A DNA stretch of 64,000 nt. It comes from a virus. Its lineage: Duplodnaviria; Caudoviricetes. Location of the stretch: the IMG/VR virus record IMGVR_UViG_3300026493_000002; one strand, written 5' to 3'. Position 1 is the first letter of the stretch; the number at the start of each line of letters is the position of its first letter. Positions 9,755 through 17,876 of this stretch are shown here, in pieces. The notes beneath the pieces were generated by a model that saw only the letters and a program-made list of their open reading frames with translations, was not told where the DNA came from and searched no databases. A program made the position numbers and the translations under genes.

Positions 9755-10737
9755 TGCGCCTCGACCTTTCTCTCGAAGGCACCGCTGCCCAGAAGCGCCG
9801 CAAGAAAAAGAAAGCTGCGCCCGCCAAGGACTTGACCTTCACCGAGTCGATGGATGCTCTTGCCACCTTCGACGACGTGCTGCTGACCGGCCGATTGAAC
9901 GACACGCAGATCACGGCCGAAGTACAGCAGCCGTGGGCACGCGCCGAACTGGTCGAAGGCGAAGTGCACCAAATGCTCCACATCGTGCCGCTGCGCGATA
10001 TGCCGGCGGGCACTCTCCTGTACGTCAACGGTCAGGTGCCCAACTTCAACGCGGCGACGCTGGTCAACGAGTTGCAGGAGCAGATGCGTCAGTTCCAGAA
10101 CGCGGTCAACATCGTGCTGCTCATGCGCAACCAAGATATGCTGCTGGCGAATACGCTGCAGGCGGCTATCAATCGTTGGGCCACGGCCAACGCCGAGACG
10201 CTCCAGATCTTGGGCATCAACGCTGATGACCTGTACCCGAAGTTCCCGACCGTCCAGGAAACGAAGCTCCGGGAAGGTGATACGGAAGTCTTCGATGAAG
10301 ACCGGCAGGCCAAGATCGAACACGCCAAGGATGCCAGCGGCGTGATGCCCCGCATCCACGGCACCGAGTTCCTGATGACGCCGGAAGAAACGGTCGCATA
10401 CGACGTGCCCGTGATCTTCGCCGCAGACGTTATCGAGTTCGGCGACCTCATGAACATCAAGAAAGCCTTCAAGGGCCAGACGGTGTTCCTGTTCGAGTCG
10501 GGCATGTTCTTCGACGCCGATCCCGAGGGCCCCGATTTCTGGGACGTGATCTTCGACTCCCGTTCCGAGTGCAACATCGTTCCGATCTTCCTGCCGTCGG
10601 ACGTCGAAGCGTGGGCCCAGCTGTTCGGCGGCAAGATGATGACGCGCTCCGATATCGCCACTCCCGGCTTTGAGAAGGGCGCCATCGTGTTGCGTCGCGG
10701 CCGGGTGACGAAAGACACCTTCGAGTTCACTACCTGA
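9754..10737 (+). CDS. hypothetical protein with Lys-rich N-terminus
   Basis: TGATG coupling to upstream gene. Confidence 0.8.
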   Translation: MRLDLSLEGTAAQKRRKKKKAAPAKDLTFTESMDALATFDDVLLTGRLNDTQITAEVQQPWARAELVEGEVHQMLHIVPLRDMPAGTLLYVNGQVPNFNAATLVNELQEQMRQFQNAVNIVLLMRNQDMLLANTLQAAINRWATANAETLQILGINADDLYPKFPTVQETKLREGDTEVFDEDRQAKIEHAKDASGVMPRIHGTEFLMTPEETVAYDVPVIFAADVIEFGDLMNIKKAFKGQTVFLFESGMFFDADPEGPDFWDVIFDSRSECNIVPIFLPSDVEAWAQLFGGKMMTRSDIATPGFEKGAIVLRRGRVTKDTFEFTT

Positions 10738-10747
10738 GTACAGAGCA

Positions 10748-10942
10748 ATGTCTGACAAAACCCACGCACCGATGCCGACCTGCGACTGTCTTCCGTGCAG
10801 TCATGTGGAACGGGATCGCCTGCGCAATCTGCTGAACAATCGGCCGGCGGTGAATGCCGGTCTGGAAAGTGCGTACGTCAAATGGAGCGGACAGGTGTAC
10901 GAGTCCGACATGTTGGCACACGCTGGTATCCGTCCCAACTAG
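10748..10942 (+). CDS. small hypothetical protein
   Basis: fills gap between genes. Confidence 0.6.
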   Translation: MSDKTHAPMPTCDCLPCSHVERDRLRNLLNNRPAVNAGLESAYVKWSGQVYESDMLAHAGIRPN

Positions 10943-10949
10943 GTGAGTT

Positions 10950-11378
10950 ATGCGCCTCCACTTCAAAGCTGACAATCAGAACAAGCTGTTGCCGTTCAGT
11001 GTCGATCACTGGCAGCGCGTGTTCCTGCCATACGACAAGCTGATGGTGACTGCCGATTCGGTTGTCGAGGCACCCTCCGTGTTTGAACACTGCGAGCGCG
11101 TGGCTCAACGTACTGGTCTGGGCTGGGAACTGCCTTCGATTGAGACGTTGCAACTGATCGTGGACTTCACCAAGTATCAACCTGCGGCCGATAGCCGTTA
11201 CTTCCGTTTTGAGCGTGGCTTCTTTTGGTCGTCCACGCCAACTCCGTGGAGTGACGGTCACCGCTTCGGCATTGAGTTCTTCACGGGCGAAGTGCGCTAT
11301 CGGCAGATCACCGAGCAGGGAATGGCGCTTTCTGTGCTGAGGGATTTCCGCCCTCCGGCAGGCAAGGCCCGGCGTTAA
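10950..11378 (+). CDS. DUF1566 (Lcl C-terminal) domain protein
   Basis: WELPSIETLQLIV...FWSSTP...FFTGEV signature. Confidence 0.75.
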   Translation: MRLHFKADNQNKLLPFSVDHWQRVFLPYDKLMVTADSVVEAPSVFEHCERVAQRTGLGWELPSIETLQLIVDFTKYQPAADSRYFRFERGFFWSSTPTPWSDGHRFGIEFFTGEVRYRQITEQGMALSVLRDFRPPAGKARR

Positions 11379-11380
11379 AT

Positions 11381-11387
11381 CTGTAAA
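11381..11387 (+). promoter_or_regulatory. CTGTAAA motif heading the DNA-modification operon
   Basis: intergenic, after stop codon. Confidence 0.5.
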
Positions 11388-11442
11388 TACCAAACGTTAT
11401 CAACGAGGCCTTAGCGCCAACCACTACAAGGCAAACGACAAG

Positions 11443-12261
11443 ATGGGCAAGCACCTGAAACTTACGGACCTGCGTGAGGCCGAATACAACCCGCGAATCA
11501 TCAGCGCCAAGCGACTGGAGAATCTCCAGAAGTCCATGCTGCGCTTCGGTGACCTCTCGGGCGTCGTGTTCAACGAGTCCACCAAGAAGCTCGTTTCCGG
11601 CCACCAGCGTTTGAAGACGATCCGCGAAGCCGGCCTCGAAACCGAAATCGTGACGTCCAAGCGCAAGGACAAGCACGGCACCGTGGCAGAAGGCTACATC
11701 ATCGCCAAGACCCCGGACGGCGAGATTCGTCTGCCGCTGCGCGTCGTCAACTGGGCCGACAAGAAGGCTGAAATCGCGGCGAACATCGCAGCCAATGCGC
11801 ACGGCGGTGACTTCGACCGTACCAAGCTCGGCGCGCTGTTGGTCAAGCTCGAAAAGGGCAAGGCGTTCGACATTGACACGCTGGGCCTCGACCCGCTGTC
11901 TCTGCGTGGCCTGATGCAGGTCATGCCGACGCTGGGCACCAAGGGTGAAGGCGGCGGTGAAGAAGACGGCGAGAGCTTCCCGGAGTACGGCGAAGACAGC
12001 TTCGACCTGCATCACACCTGCCCCAAGTGCAAGTTCCGTTTCAGCGCATCGGCTTCTTCCAAGAAGGCGCCGGGCCCGAAGGAGAACAAGCAGGTCGAGG
12101 CAGCCAAGAAGACCAAGGCTGCGAAGAAGGATGCCGAGAAGAAGGCGTCCAAGAAGTCCAAGAGCGACGACGATGCACCGGTGAAGAAAAAGAAGTCCAA
12201 GAACAAGGACGAGCCGGCGAAGAAGTCGAAGAAGGACAAGTTCAAGAAGCTGCGTAAGTAA
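11443..12261 (+). CDS. ParB/Srx-fold protein with CxxC ribbon and Lys-rich tail
   Basis: EYNPRIIS, VSGHQRLK, NIAANAHGGDFD; HTCPKCKFRF; ~70-aa Lys-rich tail. Confidence 0.85.
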   Translation: MGKHLKLTDLREAEYNPRIISAKRLENLQKSMLRFGDLSGVVFNESTKKLVSGHQRLKTIREAGLETEIVTSKRKDKHGTVAEGYIIAKTPDGEIRLPLRVVNWADKKAEIAANIAANAHGGDFDRTKLGALLVKLEKGKAFDIDTLGLDPLSLRGLMQVMPTLGTKGEGGGEEDGESFPEYGEDSFDLHHTCPKCKFRFSASASSKKAPGPKENKQVEAAKKTKAAKKDAEKKASKKSKSDDDAPVKKKKSKNKDEPAKKSKKDKFKKLRK

Positions 12262-12274
12262 CCGGAGAACAGAC

Positions 12275-13156
12275 ATGGCGCGTAAGGCCCAGAACAAGAT
12301 CGCAGTGCCGGCATTCAAACGCCGTAAGTCGGCAAGCGATGCCAAACCGCGCATTCGTCTGCGCTTGACCAAGAGCCTGGAGAAGCACAAGGACGAGCCG
12401 TTGGCTATCCTGTTGTCCTCGGGCCTCGACTCCAATGCCGTGCTGTTCTCGGCATTGGAGCTCGGCATGAAGCCGCATATCTACAGCTTCACGCTCGATG
12501 ACCGCGAGGCTCGTGACTTCCGTATCGCTCGACAGACGGCCGAGACCTTCGGCCTAAAGTTCACACCGATCTACCTTCCGACCGACCTCAAGAAGGTCAA
12601 GAAGGGCCTGATCAGTACCGTGAAGGAGCTCGACGCCAGCGGCAAGTCGGCCATCGAATGTCTGTACGCTTTCAAGTACGCGGTCGACTCCATCAAGGAG
12701 AAGAACATCGTCAGCGGTCTGGCGGCCGACATTTACTTCGTGCTGTCCAAGAAGGGCTGTATGCACTACAAGGACTGCGCAGACGACTACCGCATTCCGC
12801 GACACGCTACGGTCAAGGGTCCCACGTCGCAGACTTCCAAGCTGCGTGCCTACTGCAGGAAAAAGGGCAAGCGCTGGTTGAGTCCGTGGCTGACCGATCA
12901 GATGATGGACGAGTTCCGTGGTACCAGCTGGGATGACGTGAACAAGCCCAAGCAGAAGAACCCGATCCACGTGCAGTACCCGGAGTTCCTGGCTCACGCC
13001 AAGACCTACCAACACACCAACCTGCAGCTGGGCGACAGCGGTATCTCGGCACTGTTCACGCAGCTGCTGGACGATCCTCACTGGAATCCCGAGCGCCGGT
13101 TCAAGAGCATGACGGGCGTGTACAACCGCCTCGTTCGTGGAGAGATTACCAAATGA
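12275..13156 (+). CDS. asparagine-synthetase-like ATP-dependent amide ligase (synthetase domain only)
   Basis: PP-loop LLSSGLDS, VSGLAADIYF, SPWL; no N-terminal Ntn glutaminase domain. Confidence 0.8.
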   Translation: MARKAQNKIAVPAFKRRKSASDAKPRIRLRLTKSLEKHKDEPLAILLSSGLDSNAVLFSALELGMKPHIYSFTLDDREARDFRIARQTAETFGLKFTPIYLPTDLKKVKKGLISTVKELDASGKSAIECLYAFKYAVDSIKEKNIVSGLAADIYFVLSKKGCMHYKDCADDYRIPRHATVKGPTSQTSKLRAYCRKKGKRWLSPWLTDQMMDEFRGTSWDDVNKPKQKNPIHVQYPEFLAHAKTYQHTNLQLGDSGISALFTQLLDDPHWNPERRFKSMTGVYNRLVRGEITK

Positions 13157-13758
13157 TCTTTGAACTGAGCCGCAAAGGCTACAGGATCGAGAAGCTGGAG
13201 AAGAGCGCACGCGGTGTCGTCGCTCTCCTCCCTATCTTCGACTACCTGCGAACGTTGCCCGGCATGAGCCTGTGCACGGATCTGGATGCCCAGATCTCAT
13301 ACGTCGATCAGGAGGACCTCGACCTCTACGTGGCCCACAATTTGGACTCGATCTTCGACGTTCCCGCAGAGGGACAAGGCGTGATCGCCATAGCGGGCGT
13401 CAAGAACCACCGGTCGTACAGCTACGAGCCGCGCCCGTACGTGTTCAACGAACCGGGCAGCTTCGGCATGAAGCACGTTGCTCGCGCCGCCGAACTGTGT
13501 TGCCTTGCGGTGATGCCCAACTTCCGGGGCAAGGGGCTTTGCCGCTCACTCACTCTACATCGCCTCGACAAGATGCCCGACAACCGTACGGCAGTCATTG
13601 AGTTGCGGCCGAGTGCTGACAGCCTCAACCAGCTTTCGCGTGAGCCGGAAGCGCACGCATCTACGACCAGTGTGCAGCGCATCGCGCAGCGCCTGGGATT
13701 CAAGTACGAGGGCCGCGCTCTCGCAGACAACAGCATGGTGCTGGTAGCACCGTTCTAA
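13153..13758 (+). CDS. GNAT-family acetyltransferase
   Basis: LAVMPNFRGKGLC acetyl-CoA motif A; ATGA overlap with ligase gene. Confidence 0.75.
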   Translation: MIFELSRKGYRIEKLEKSARGVVALLPIFDYLRTLPGMSLCTDLDAQISYVDQEDLDLYVAHNLDSIFDVPAEGQGVIAIAGVKNHRSYSYEPRPYVFNEPGSFGMKHVARAAELCCLAVMPNFRGKGLCRSLTLHRLDKMPDNRTAVIELRPSADSLNQLSREPEAHASTTSVQRIAQRLGFKYEGRALADNSMVLVAPF

Positions 13759-13769
13759 GGACTTCAACC

Positions 13770-14666
13770 GTGCAAATGACCAATGTAGACCTCATTAGCG
13801 CCCCGTTTGGTGAGGGCGCTGGTGTTCTGGGATCCGAGAACGGCCCGAGTATGCTGGTTAAGCTCGGACTCTGCTCGGCGATCGGGCACGAAGGACTGTG
13901 CATCAATCAGTTCCACGAAATCAAGGCGAAGGTGCATCCGTATGTGCCTCAGCCCAGCCTCAAGTGCGGCGGTCACACGATTGCCTACAACGATGCGATC
14001 TACGAACGCTGCATCCTGAGTCTGCGCGACGACAGGTTCCCGCTGATGCTCGCCGGCGATCATTCGCTCTCCATCGGTTCGATCCTCGCCGCCAGCGACT
14101 ACGCGAAGGAGAATCGGAAGAAGTTCATCTGCCTGTACATCGACGCCCACACGGACTTCAACACTCCGGAGACGACGATGACGGGCAACACCCACGGCAT
14201 GACGCTTGCCGCTGCCGGTGGCCTGTTCCTCGATCTTGCGGTTGAGGCCTCGGAGAACCACCTGGACCTGTCCAGCATCATCTATTACGGTGCGCGTGAC
14301 ATTGACCACGAGGAGCAGAAGCTGCTGGATGAACATCCGGAGATTACCGTCATCGACATGAAGGACCAGTTCCACCTTCTGACGCTGATGGATCTGCTGG
14401 ACGAACGTCTCGACGAGGACACCCACATCCACGTCAGCTTCGATGTGGACAGTCTGGATCCGAATCACTTCCTCGCTACTGGCCTGAACGTGCCGAACGG
14501 TCTCCTTCCACAGGAAGTCGAGGCCCTCTTCCAGGATCTGCGTGCCAGCGGCGCGGTCAAATCCCTTGACGTGGTTGAGTACAACCCGTCCAAGGACAAC
14601 GCCACTTTTGAAGGCGGCCTGATGGTCAACACCATCGTGTCCCGTCTCTTCCACAACGCCCGGTGA
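13770..14666 (+). CDS. arginase (ureohydrolase family)
   Basis: AGDHSLSIGS, IDAHTDFNT, GNTHGM, SFDVDSLDP, DVVEYNP: all Mn-binding residues present. Confidence 0.9.
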   Translation: MQMTNVDLISAPFGEGAGVLGSENGPSMLVKLGLCSAIGHEGLCINQFHEIKAKVHPYVPQPSLKCGGHTIAYNDAIYERCILSLRDDRFPLMLAGDHSLSIGSILAASDYAKENRKKFICLYIDAHTDFNTPETTMTGNTHGMTLAAAGGLFLDLAVEASENHLDLSSIIYYGARDIDHEEQKLLDEHPEITVIDMKDQFHLLTLMDLLDERLDEDTHIHVSFDVDSLDPNHFLATGLNVPNGLLPQEVEALFQDLRASGAVKSLDVVEYNPSKDNATFEGGLMVNTIVSRLFHNAR

Positions 14667-15679
14667 CAGACGTGTCCAAGAAAATCTTCAAGATGCCTAC
14701 GATGAAGGCAATCAACGCCAAGGAGAAGCACTTCAAGGGTATCAGCACGTTCAGTGGCTGCGGTGGCAGTTCGACTGGCGTGAAGATGGCCGGCGTCAAG
14801 GTGCTGGTGGCAACCGAGTTCATCAAGCCTGCGATTGAGACCTACAAGGCGAACCACAAGGGCACCAAAGTGCTGGGTGATGACATTCGCAAGGTCGACT
14901 GGGAAGCTGTGCGCAAGGAGTTCAAGCTCAAGCGCGGTCAGCTGGACTTCTCCGAGGGCAGTCCGCCGTGCAAGTCGTTCTCCACTGCTGGCACCAAGAG
15001 TGAAGGCTGGGGCGAGGAAAAGAAGTACTCCGAGAACGTCAGTCAGCGTACCGACGACCTGTTCTACGAGGAAATGCGCAAGCTGTCCGAGTTCATGCCC
15101 AAGACCTTTGTGTGCGAGAACGTCAAGGGCATGGTCGAAGGTGACGCCAAGGGTTACTTCCTTGAAATCCTCCGTGACCTCAAGGCGGTCGGCTACAACG
15201 TCCGTGCGCAGGTGTTGAATGCTGCGCGTCTCGGTGTTCCGCAGGCCCGTGAGCGCATCATCTTCGTTGGCGTCCGTGACGATCTGGCGAAGAAGGGCCA
15301 CATGCCCGTATTCCCCAAGCCGCAGAAGCACGAAATCTACGTCACTGACGTGCTGCCGAAGATCGCCTACCTCAAGTCGAAGAAGAACGGCATCATGCAG
15401 TACGTGCCGGCTACCATCCCGAGTCCGACCATTGTTGCATCCGATGGCCTGAACTCGGAGACTGCGGGCTTCTCGACCGGCGGCTTCATCGAGACCATTG
15501 AGGGCGAACGTCGCAAGTACACCATCGAGGAGTTGAAGAAAATCTTCACCTTCCCCGAGGACTTCGTGTTCACCGGCAACTATCGCCAGCAGTTCGAGCG
15601 CATCGGCCGTTCGGTTCCGCCGTTGATGATGTACCACGTCGTCCGCGAAATCCGTAGGCAGATCCTCGAAAAGCTGTAA
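14663..15679 (+). CDS. C5-cytosine DNA methyltransferase, predicted carboxymethyltransferase (motif X Asn replaced by Arg316)
   Basis: FSGCGG (I), GSPPCKSFS (IV), ENVKG (VI), QARERIIFVG (VIII), ERIGRSVPP (X); GTGA overlap with arginase. Confidence 0.9.
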   Translation: MTDVSKKIFKMPTMKAINAKEKHFKGISTFSGCGGSSTGVKMAGVKVLVATEFIKPAIETYKANHKGTKVLGDDIRKVDWEAVRKEFKLKRGQLDFSEGSPPCKSFSTAGTKSEGWGEEKKYSENVSQRTDDLFYEEMRKLSEFMPKTFVCENVKGMVEGDAKGYFLEILRDLKAVGYNVRAQVLNAARLGVPQARERIIFVGVRDDLAKKGHMPVFPKPQKHEIYVTDVLPKIAYLKSKKNGIMQYVPATIPSPTIVASDGLNSETAGFSTGGFIETIEGERRKYTIEELKKIFTFPEDFVFTGNYRQQFERIGRSVPPLMMYHVVREIRRQILEKL

Positions 15680-15680
15680 A
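15674..15680 (+). promoter_or_regulatory. CTGTAAA motif
   Basis: overlaps methyltransferase stop codon. Confidence 0.4.
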
Positions 15681-15708
15681 CCATCCTCACATCCAATCGG
15701 AGATTCCC

Positions 15709-16353
15709 GTGAGCGAAGAACAGAACGAAACGGCTGTCGTTGTGCCGCCGGAACCCAAGACCATCACGGTGCTGATTCTCGGCACCGATCGCAACGTCGG
15801 CCAGGACAAGCTCGGTGAGCAGCTGGCCGCACAGTTGATCGCTGGTGGCATCAAGGTGCAGCACACGCCGACCGATGACTACGCGCGCATCCGCGCTGGC
15901 GAACTGCCCAGCCTGATCGAGAGCCACCTGAGCAAGAAGCACGCCATCAACGTGCTGTCCTACAACGGTGCGCTGTCGCATCCCGAGACCGGCCCCGTGG
16001 CCCTCGCGCTGCTGTACACGGTGAAGCCCAGCCTCGTCATCATGTGCCACGCGGGCTTTCGCGGTACGCAGGACGGTGTCAGCGTGCAGGGCGTTGGCCT
16101 TGCATCTGAAATCGCCAACACACTGCTGTTCGCTCGCCGCTTCAATCCCGATGCGAAGCTGGCGGGCATCAATCTGCATGGCGAAGGCCAGACCGAGGCC
16201 GACCTCAAGACCACGATTGACGAGACCTATCCCCTGGGTCAGTCGTTCGGCGTCGAAGTGTTCTCCTTCGACAGTGGCTCCGACGATTCGGAACTGCCCG
16301 AGGAGTTCGTTGAATCCATTGACGTGCTGGCACGAAAGGCGAAGTCACGATGA
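15709..16353 (+). CDS. DUF1611-like (DgcN-related) P-loop-fold protein, divergent
   Basis: ILGTDRNVGQDK, LLYTVKPSLVIMCH, KLAGINL parallel DUF1611 segments GTDCxVGK, LLHGSQPDALILCH, VVAIALN. Confidence 0.5.
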   Translation: MSEEQNETAVVVPPEPKTITVLILGTDRNVGQDKLGEQLAAQLIAGGIKVQHTPTDDYARIRAGELPSLIESHLSKKHAINVLSYNGALSHPETGPVALALLYTVKPSLVIMCHAGFRGTQDGVSVQGVGLASEIANTLLFARRFNPDAKLAGINLHGEGQTEADLKTTIDETYPLGQSFGVEVFSFDSGSDDSELPEEFVESIDVLARKAKSR

Positions 16354-17198
16354 ACGCGATTACTGATACGGAGTTCCAGGACCAGGGCGTCGTCTCGCCT
16401 CCGTGCGTCAAGAAGGTCGATGACCACCAGCCGGGCGCGAAGTGGGAGTTCAATGCCGACGTCGCCGTCAAGTTCGATGACATGCTGGGCCGCTCGATTC
16501 CGGGCTACCTGCAGATGCGCGAACTGGCGTACGAACTGGGCAAGAAGTTCATCCCCGATCAGAACGTCAACGTGATCGACCTGGGCGCTTCGCGTGGTGA
16601 GTCGGCTTCGGCCTTCATCGACACGCCTGCGTTCTCGGGCGCCAACTACTTCCTCAGCGAAGTCAGCGAGCCGATGCTGGATCAGATGCGTGAGCGCTGG
16701 AACGGCGTGTCGAACGTCCATCCGGTCAGCTACGACCTGCGGCGCAAGTACACCGATATCGCCTACGCGATCCACGATCCCGTGCGCAACATGGTGAACA
16801 ACGGCAAGATACCAAGCACGCCGTACACGCTGCATCCGACGACGCTGGTGCAGGCTATCCTGACCCTGATCTTCGTGCCGATCAACTTCCGGCAGGGCAT
16901 CCTCAAGGGTGTCCACGAGGGCTTGGCTCCGGGCGGCGCGTTCATCATGGTCGAGAAGGTCCTGGGCGACAGCGCCGAAATGCAGGACCTGTTGGTCGAT
17001 GCCTACCACGATCACAAGCATCGTCACGGCTACAGCTGGGAAGACATTGAGCGCAAGCGTGCGTCTCTGGAGGGCGTGCAGGTTCCCGTGCGCCACGAGG
17101 AGAACATCGCCATGCTGCGCTCGGCCGGCTTCCGCAACGTCGAAACCTTCTGGCGCCATCTGAACTTCGTCGGGTACATCTGCATCAAGGACCAGTGA
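16350..17198 (+). CDS. cmoA: carboxy-S-adenosyl-L-methionine synthase CmoA-like
   Basis: WEFNADVAVKFDDMLGRSIPGY, DLGASRG, LTLIFVP, PGGAFIMVEK, KRASLEGVQVP, LRSAGF...WRHLNF; ATGA overlap. Confidence 0.88.
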   Translation: MNAITDTEFQDQGVVSPPCVKKVDDHQPGAKWEFNADVAVKFDDMLGRSIPGYLQMRELAYELGKKFIPDQNVNVIDLGASRGESASAFIDTPAFSGANYFLSEVSEPMLDQMRERWNGVSNVHPVSYDLRRKYTDIAYAIHDPVRNMVNNGKIPSTPYTLHPTTLVQAILTLIFVPINFRQGILKGVHEGLAPGGAFIMVEKVLGDSAEMQDLLVDAYHDHKHRHGYSWEDIERKRASLEGVQVPVRHEENIAMLRSAGFRNVETFWRHLNFVGYICIKDQ

Positions 17199-17230
17199 CC
17201 TCTTAGAGGCTCACCGCGACAGTCTACAAC

Positions 17231-17250
17231 GGGCCTTCTCAGGAAGGCCC
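17231..17250 (+). terminator. 8-bp GC-rich hairpin ending modification operon
   Basis: GGGCCTTC-tcag-GAAGGCCC; no U-tract. Confidence 0.4.
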
Positions 17251-17268
17251 CATGAAGAGGGCTTCACT

Positions 17269-17742
17269 ATGTTCGGTTGGCGTAACATCCTGACCGCACC
17301 GAAGAACAAACGTATCCTCGTGTGCGGCAACAACTGGTCCGACTCGCAGGGTCCATTGAAGGAGCCGGTGATTGCTCAGTGGAATGAAAGTCGTGAACGC
17401 TGGGAGACTGGCACCGGCATTCTGGGTACTTACGGCATTCGCCCGACCCACTGGCAGCCGCTCCCTGAGGTCTACTCCACGTCGTCGATGGATCCGAAGC
17501 ACATGATCTACGTTGACACGGGTCGCGTCCTGAGCATTCACGCCGCGGTGAAGGTCGTGCTGGCGTACGAGGGTGTTCCGTTCGACGTGGTGACTGGCCC
17601 TCACGGTGCAGGCCTGCTGGTCGAACCCCAGCATCTGGACAAGATGAATCGCGTTGCCAATGATTGGGGCGGGCTGCGTGACTCCATTCCACGCGCGCTG
17701 TTCAACGCTACCGTGGACTACCAACAGAGGAACAAGCCGTGA
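17269..17742 (+). CDS. DUF551-like domain protein
   Basis: RILV...W...PTHWQPLPE signature. Confidence 0.6.
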   Translation: MFGWRNILTAPKNKRILVCGNNWSDSQGPLKEPVIAQWNESRERWETGTGILGTYGIRPTHWQPLPEVYSTSSMDPKHMIYVDTGRVLSIHAAVKVVLAYEGVPFDVVTGPHGAGLLVEPQHLDKMNRVANDWGGLRDSIPRALFNATVDYQQRNKP

Positions 17743-17876
17743 GCGACACCCTGAAATGCGACTACTGCGGCTACGTGTACCAGCTCGGTCTCAGCCTGTA
17801 CAAGGCCGGCGACAAGTGCCCGAAGTGCAACGGTCGCGGCATTCTCTGTTCCAAAGGCTCGCGAGGTAACCCGTGA
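17739..17876 (+). CDS. small Zn-ribbon protein (45 aa, not in ORF track)
   Basis: VSDTLKCDYCGY...KCPKCNG; GTGA overlaps at both ends. Confidence 0.7.
   Translation: MSDTLKCDYCGYVYQLGLSLYKAGDKCPKCNGRGILCSKGSRGNP

Noticed and set aside
11443-12261. ParABS partition system
   Set aside because: No ParA or parS-like repeats seen; context is DNA modification.
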